From: Leucoraja ocellata
Taxonomy: Eukaryota
DNA length: 53,823 bases
NCBI GenBank assembly: GCA_036785375.1
Contig: JAWMAR010001141.1
Coordinates: forward strand, 310,001-363,823
Direction: 5' to 3'
Shown here piece after piece: positions 49,501 through 53,823 of this stretch; the first letter of the stretch is position 1, and every line of letters begins with the position of its first letter. A model generated the notes under the pieces. That model worked only from the letters and a program-made list of their open reading frames with translations. It was not told the origin of the DNA and searched no databases. A program made the position numbers and the translations under genes.

Positions 49501-52423
49501 GGTACTTAATGGTAACACAGTGGACCAAATCTGATAGAGTCTAGAAGTTAACTGTGGTCACATTTACTGATAATTTCTGTTCCCTTCCCATATTTGAGTG
49601 TCGGTCATGTGGAGATGATGGAAAGTGAAAGTGCTTGGACTGATGTCACTACAGACCTAATTTAAAGCAGTGTAAACATAAGAGGAAGTTCTAGCCGGGA
49701 AGCTGGTCTACACCAGCACTGGGAAATCTATTTCTGGAGCCCAGCAACCAAGTATTGACAAATGGGCCACAATTCCATCATTTTAATCTTGATAAGAATT
49801 AAATAACGTGCATGGATTTCAGGGTGTCGGGGGTTATGTGGAGAAGGCAGGAGAATGGGGTGAAGAGGGGAAGATAGATCAGCCATGATTGAATGGTCTA
49901 TTTCTGCTTCTATCACATGTGATCTTATGAACCACCCCACCCGCACTTCCCCTTCTTCTCCCCATTCCCTCCACTACTTACCAGTTCCGTTGATTTTCAC
50001 TGGGAAACTGCAGGGCACGTCACTGCTTGAGATGGACACGTTGACCATTTCACTGGATTTTGATCCACGTTTATTTGAGGCTGTGCAATAATATTGATGG
50101 TGCTGGTGTTTGAAGGATTGACAATGTAGATCCAGGGCATTGTTGTCTGAGATCTTTGAATCCACAGATGGGGTCTTTTCATACCAGGTGTAGTTAATGG
50201 GAAGGGATCCCCGGAACGACTCGCAGGACACTGTCACTGAGCCCCCGAGACAGGAGACATTGGCTGGTGACAGAAATCCAAGTACAGGAACAGACACGGG
50301 TTCTGTGGGAAAGGAGCAAACAGTCAGACACTGAGTCAACATCTGAAAATGAAACACTCGCCAATATCCAACATCTCTGTATCATAGCCAGAGCCGCCAG
50401 TTTGGAATCTGACCCATCCATCTACATATAACCATAGTCATGCAGCGTAGAAACAGTTCCTTCTGTCTAACTTGCCCGCACTGACCAACACGCCCAATCT
50501 ACACTAGTTCCACCTGCCCATGCTTGGCCCTTAACCCTCCAAACTAATCCTATTCATGTACCTGTTCAAAATTTTCTTGAATGTTATGATAGTACCTGCA
50601 ATAACTGCTTCCGTCAGCAGTTCGTTTCATATACCTACCAACCTTGTGTAAAAACGTTACTCCCCAGATTCTTGTTAAATCATTCTCCTCATCTTAAAAC
50701 TATGTCCTCTGGTTCTCGATTCCCCTACTCTGGGCAACAGACTCTGTGCATTTACTCGACCTATTCGTTGCATGATTTTTTTTTTACCTGCCTGAAGATC
50801 ATCCCTCATCCTCCTGCGCTCCAAAAAGTAAAGTGCTAGACTGCTCAACTCCTCCCTCTGGGTCGGGTCCTCAAGTCATTCTAAGTCTTCTCTGCACCCT
50901 ATCCAACTTGTCAGCATCTTTCCGATAACATGGTGGTTAAAACTGACCACAAATCAGACAAATCATCAGACAATCTTAGATTCTCTTTATTTCAGGAATT
51001 ACCAGCAGGAAAACATATAAGATAGAAAATAGGTGCAGGAGTAGGCCATTCAGCCCCTCGAGCCTGCACCGCCATTCAATATGATCATGGCTGAATATCC
51101 AACTCAGTATCCTGTACCTGCCTTCTCTCCATACCCCCTGATACATATAGCCACAAGGGCCACATCTAACTCCCTCTTAAATAGAGCCAATGAACTGGCC
51201 TCAACTACTTTCTGTGGCAGAGAGTTCCAGAGATTCACCACTCTCTGTGTGAAAAATGTTTTTCTCATCTCGGTCCTAAAAAACTTCCCCCATATCCTTG
51301 CATATGGATAACTATGAAAAGGGAGCATCGTTTATGCAACAGTGTTGGCTATTCAAAGCAACAAGGAAGCTGCCCATTTGTCGAATCAAAATCAAACTGT
51401 TGCAGAAATGCAATTTCATAGGAAATCGACAGGGACACATTCCAGCACAGATGAGGACAATGTCAGCTACTCAGATATTACATTTCAAAGCAACAGCCAA
51501 ATTGTCCTTCAGAAAGATCCATCGACTCACAATCCATTTACCAGATTTATACATCTCTGTGTCTCTCCATTCTCTCAGCTGCCAGAACCACCATGTCTGC
51601 CACTGGACCAGTACACAGCAGCACCATCTCTCTTTGTTTTACAATTCCTACAATCTACAGTTAATCTTTTAATCTAAAACTCTGCCACAATTCTACAATA
51701 CCAAGATTCAAACACTTCATCAGTGCAACAGTATCACTCTCAGCAACTTTTTTAATTTGCTTGTATAAAATTGTTGATGGTGATACTGTTGCACTAATGA
51801 TGTGTGTGAATGGCGGTATTGTAGAATTGTGTGTAGGGAGCGAATGGGAAAGTGGAACAACATAGAACTAGTGTGACCGGTGATCGCTAGTCGGTGTGGA
51901 CACGGTGGGCCGAAGGATCCGTTTCCATGTTGCATTTGTAAACTACAACTAAATATCCCAGTGACATTTTCTGTAACCTCTCCAAACCTTCCACATCTTT
52001 TGTTTTATAAAGCGGGGACCAGAACTGTGCACCAGACTCCCACCTAACAAATGTTTTATGCGGATGCCAAAGTGGAGACATAAAGTCCCTCATTGAGAAA
52101 CCTACCTTCAGATACTTGGAGATATACTTTAAATGTTGGTTCGCCAGGTGCAGTAATTCCACATCTGTACCATCCTGTATCTCCAGAGTGAAGATCCTCC
52201 ACAGTCACAGTAAATATTCCTCGTGCCGGGTTATCTGTGATTGACACTCTTCCGCTCTGTCCATGTTTCCCATTTGTTTCCACTACATGTGTACACTGGC
52301 GACTTGTCTCACGGCACCAGTATTTTGTGTGTGAGCGGTACACTGCTGCATAGTGACAATCGATTGTGATCGCTCTTCCCACAACCCCTCTTACTTCGCT
52401 CTCAGCCCACAGTGCACCTGAAA
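43332..52423 (-). CDS. CD300/pIgR-like (MDIR-like) inhibitory receptor, gene D (V-C2-TM-ITIMs), 5' end not in view
   Basis: complement(join(43332..43598,44017..44063,45260..45316,45526..45614,48695..48743,49982..50302,52106..52423)) is open with GT-AG introns and matching phases. Tail motifs ITYAVV, VVYADV, STYASV. Confidence 0.88.
44017..44063 (-). CDS. Gene D cytoplasmic exon 2
   Basis: SKRNTSHGEDNNETQ. Acceptor ttttccag|, donor CAG|gtaaaa, phase 1 to 0. Confidence 0.78.
44455..44850 (+). mobile_element. Penelope-like element 3' fragment
   Basis: LPVAQHFNSSPHSHTNLSVLGLL..GSLHPSGMNIDFSNFK plus the terminal repeat. Confidence 0.82.
45260..45316 (-). CDS. Gene D cytoplasmic exon 1 (symmetrical, could be skipped)
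   Basis: ETVLSVKWQRCVRTKRPGR. Acceptor ttgtacag|, donor A|gtaaga (alternative end 45266), phase 1-1. Confidence 0.6.
45526..45614 (-). CDS. Gene D transmembrane exon (uncharged)
   Basis: IIYIVASGVTVLLLILIIAFFW followed by YRKRKTK stop-transfer, donor G|gtgagt. Confidence 0.92.
47040..47388 (-). mobile_element. CR1 3' fragment
   Basis: GDSRTRGHSLR..RVNLWNYLPQ. Confidence 0.75.
47530..48220 (+). mobile_element. Degenerate Penelope-like element with a recognisable GIY-YIG domain
   Basis: SSNLIYCMRCGLLYISRTKR*LGDRFTEHL, HFNSP region, and hammerhead-like motif at ~48086-48122. Confidence 0.82.
48455..48687. mobile_element. Palindromic Penelope terminal-repeat insertion at the gene D linker-exon donor
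   Basis: ~90 bp inverted arms (48451-48541 and 48565-48655), flanked by agtt(a/t)accttgaag at 48441 and 48688. Confidence 0.8.
48695..48743 (-). CDS. Gene D linker exon
   Basis: GLEYSCETSKRSKYTS. Acceptor ttgttccaacag|, donor AG|gtaaac. Its 49 nt exactly bridge phase 1 to phase 2. Confidence 0.8.
49982..50302 (-). CDS. Gene D C2-type (FcR-like) Ig domain exon
   Basis: EPVSVPVL..GGSVTVSCESFRGSLPINYTWY..YYCTASN, 321 nt, phase 1-1, donor G|gtaagt. Confidence 0.93.
50996..51570 (+). pseudogene. Inverted relic of an ITIM-bearing terminal exon, split by CR1 and frameshifted
   Basis: Acceptor ttctctttatttcag|GAA at 50996. After the CR1 it reads HMDNYE/GSIVYATV..TVAEMQFHRK..NVSYSDI../DLYISV, which aligns with gene D HLDNNEGGITYAVV..VVYADVKFHRN..STYASV. 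Confidence 0.7.
51013..51298 (-). mobile_element. CR1 3' end interrupting the inverted ITIM pseudo-exon
   Basis: KTFFTQRVVNLWNSLPQKVVEASSLALFKRELD. Confidence 0.85.
52106..52423 (-). CDS. Gene D V-type Ig domain exon
   Basis: VSGALWAESEVRGVVGRAITIDCHY..KYWCRETSRQC..DTGWYRC. Acceptor ccttcag|, donor G|gtagg. Confidence 0.95.
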
Positions 52424-52864
52424 CTGAAGGAAACATCTTTGATAAATTGAAGAGAAAAAGTAGCCTTTCACAAACATACACATTATAGTATACATCAATG
52501 TGTACAGGGGAGTCCGCCCAATCATTTTCTTAACTGTGCTCAATTCCACATAGATTGCGATGAGAGACAGATACTGTACACCGTCCCTCACCATCTGCAC
52601 AGGTCGTTCCAAAGCGCTTCCCAGCCAATGTGGGTGTGAATGGTGAAGAATGATGCATTGAACATGGAGCCTGTTGCAATTGGAAGGCGCTGTCTAGGGA
52701 GTGTTGGTGAGTTGCTGCAGTTCATCGTGCAGATGGTGCAAACTGCTGCTGCTGCTGCTGCTGCTCTGCATCAGCGGGGGAGGTTGAGGATGGAGTGTCT
52801 ATCAAGCGCGATTCTGGGTTATGACAGACCAAGCACAAGTGTTTAGCGAAACTGTGGCCTAGGC

Positions 52865-53089
52865 CAGTGCTTCTTAAACTGATGAATGGTTCACCCAAGG
52901 GTGAATGAAATTATTTTGAGTGATTATGTTTTTTGCTCATGTGACTAAATAAATTATATAAAGAATTATACACAAGAGAGAATAAGACGAAAATGACCAC
53001 AAAAAAAAAGAAAATTTAGTCGAGGGTGAATGAAATTTTGTGATAAAGACTCAAGGGTGAATGAAACTGAAATAGTTTAAGATGCACTG
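52865..53089. mobile_element. hAT (Charlie-like) MITE, 225 bp
   Basis: 16 bp TIRs cagtgc(t/a)tcttaaact, 8 bp TSD gcct(a/t)ggc and three internal agggtgaatgaaa repeats. Confidence 0.8.
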
Positions 53090-53713
53090 GCCTTGGCTGC
53101 GCTTGGTCTCGCTGTTGTAAACCATTCACACTCTATTCTGGACTTCCAATCTGAGCGTCTCCACACCTACCGGGGGTTTCATTTCAAAATGATTTTTGAC
53201 AAAGGTAAGAGTTATACTTGATGGAGTGACGGCCAAGTAGATTCCACTTTAATTTTGTGAGATTACTGGAGTTCATGTGATTCACACAAATTAACAGAGT
53301 GAAAAATATGAACATGATGATGAAATTGTACATCCTTGGTTATAAATGATGATGGATCCACATAGAATGCATTTGATTGCTTTCGATGTCTCAAAGTGAA
53401 TGTGAGATCTTAAACTGTAGCCAGAAAATCATTTTTAGCAGACATTTGGTGGAATGCTCTCGACCCGTTGAGATAAGTGCCGGTCTCTCTCTCCTTTCGA
53501 AGCTCAACACCTCCCAGGTGAAAGCAATAGGCAACTGTTTGCCAGTCCCCCAAACAAACTCGCACATTTTACACCATGAGCTCACGGTGGCTGCAATGAT
53601 GCCGCCTGCAAATACCTAGAAACCCACGACCATCACCACAAGGTGAAAAGCAGCAGCTACAAGAACACGAGAGGAATTGTGAAACTGTATTCCCATGGGA
53701 AAATAACACTCAC

Positions 53714-53823
53714 CTGTATTGTTCATTTCTGTCACATAACTGCACGTGGCTGCTCCTTTGAAGACTTTCACATTGAGTATTTCACTGTATTTTATCCCAC
53801 GAGTATTTGAGGCTGTGCAGTAA
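53714..53823 (-). CDS. Partial C2-type Ig exon (3' end), upstream module of gene D or of a neighbouring paralog
   Basis: YCTASNTRGIKYSEILNVKVFKGAATCSYVTEMNNT then G|gtgagt. Homologous to the end of the 49982-50302 exon. Confidence 0.88.

Noticed and set aside
53165-53660. Candidate leader or linker exons for gene D (donor-like sites near 53170 and 53615)
   Set aside because: The required phase-1 frames contain stops and none resembles the family leader or linker.
1-53823. CRISPR arrays, rRNA or prokaryotic operons
   Set aside because: The sequence is intron-containing vertebrate DNA, and the short tandem repeats are retroposon tails or microsatellites.

Overview
Vertebrate genomic DNA. The repeat content (V-SINEs, CR1, Penelope and Rex1/Babar-type LINEs) and the gene family point to a cartilaginous fish, probably a skate or ray (inference). 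The window holds a minus-strand cluster of CD300/TREM/pIgR-like Ig-superfamily receptors resembling the skate MDIR family. Three ~12.5 kb tandem units (<1-12181, 12182-24724, 24725-37465) each carry an intact 5-exon activating-type gene: leader, V domain, Ser/Thr stalk, Arg-containing TM and a short tail. An inhibitory-type gene lies at 43332-52423+ (V, C2, linker, neutral TM, three Tyr motifs), preceded at the window edge by another C2 exon. I assembled exons by hand from GT/AG sites and phase matching, and every join stays in frame. Notable signals are V exons of genes A and B that differ only by amino-acid-changing substitutions beside near-identical introns, an FcR-gamma-type Y-T/M-x-x-N-x-x-R TM motif on CD300-like receptors, an inverted ITIM pseudo-exon inside an intron, and many Penelope-borne minimal hammerhead-like motifs. 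Most ORFs in the supplied track are repeat-derived or spurious. Repeat boundaries are approximate.
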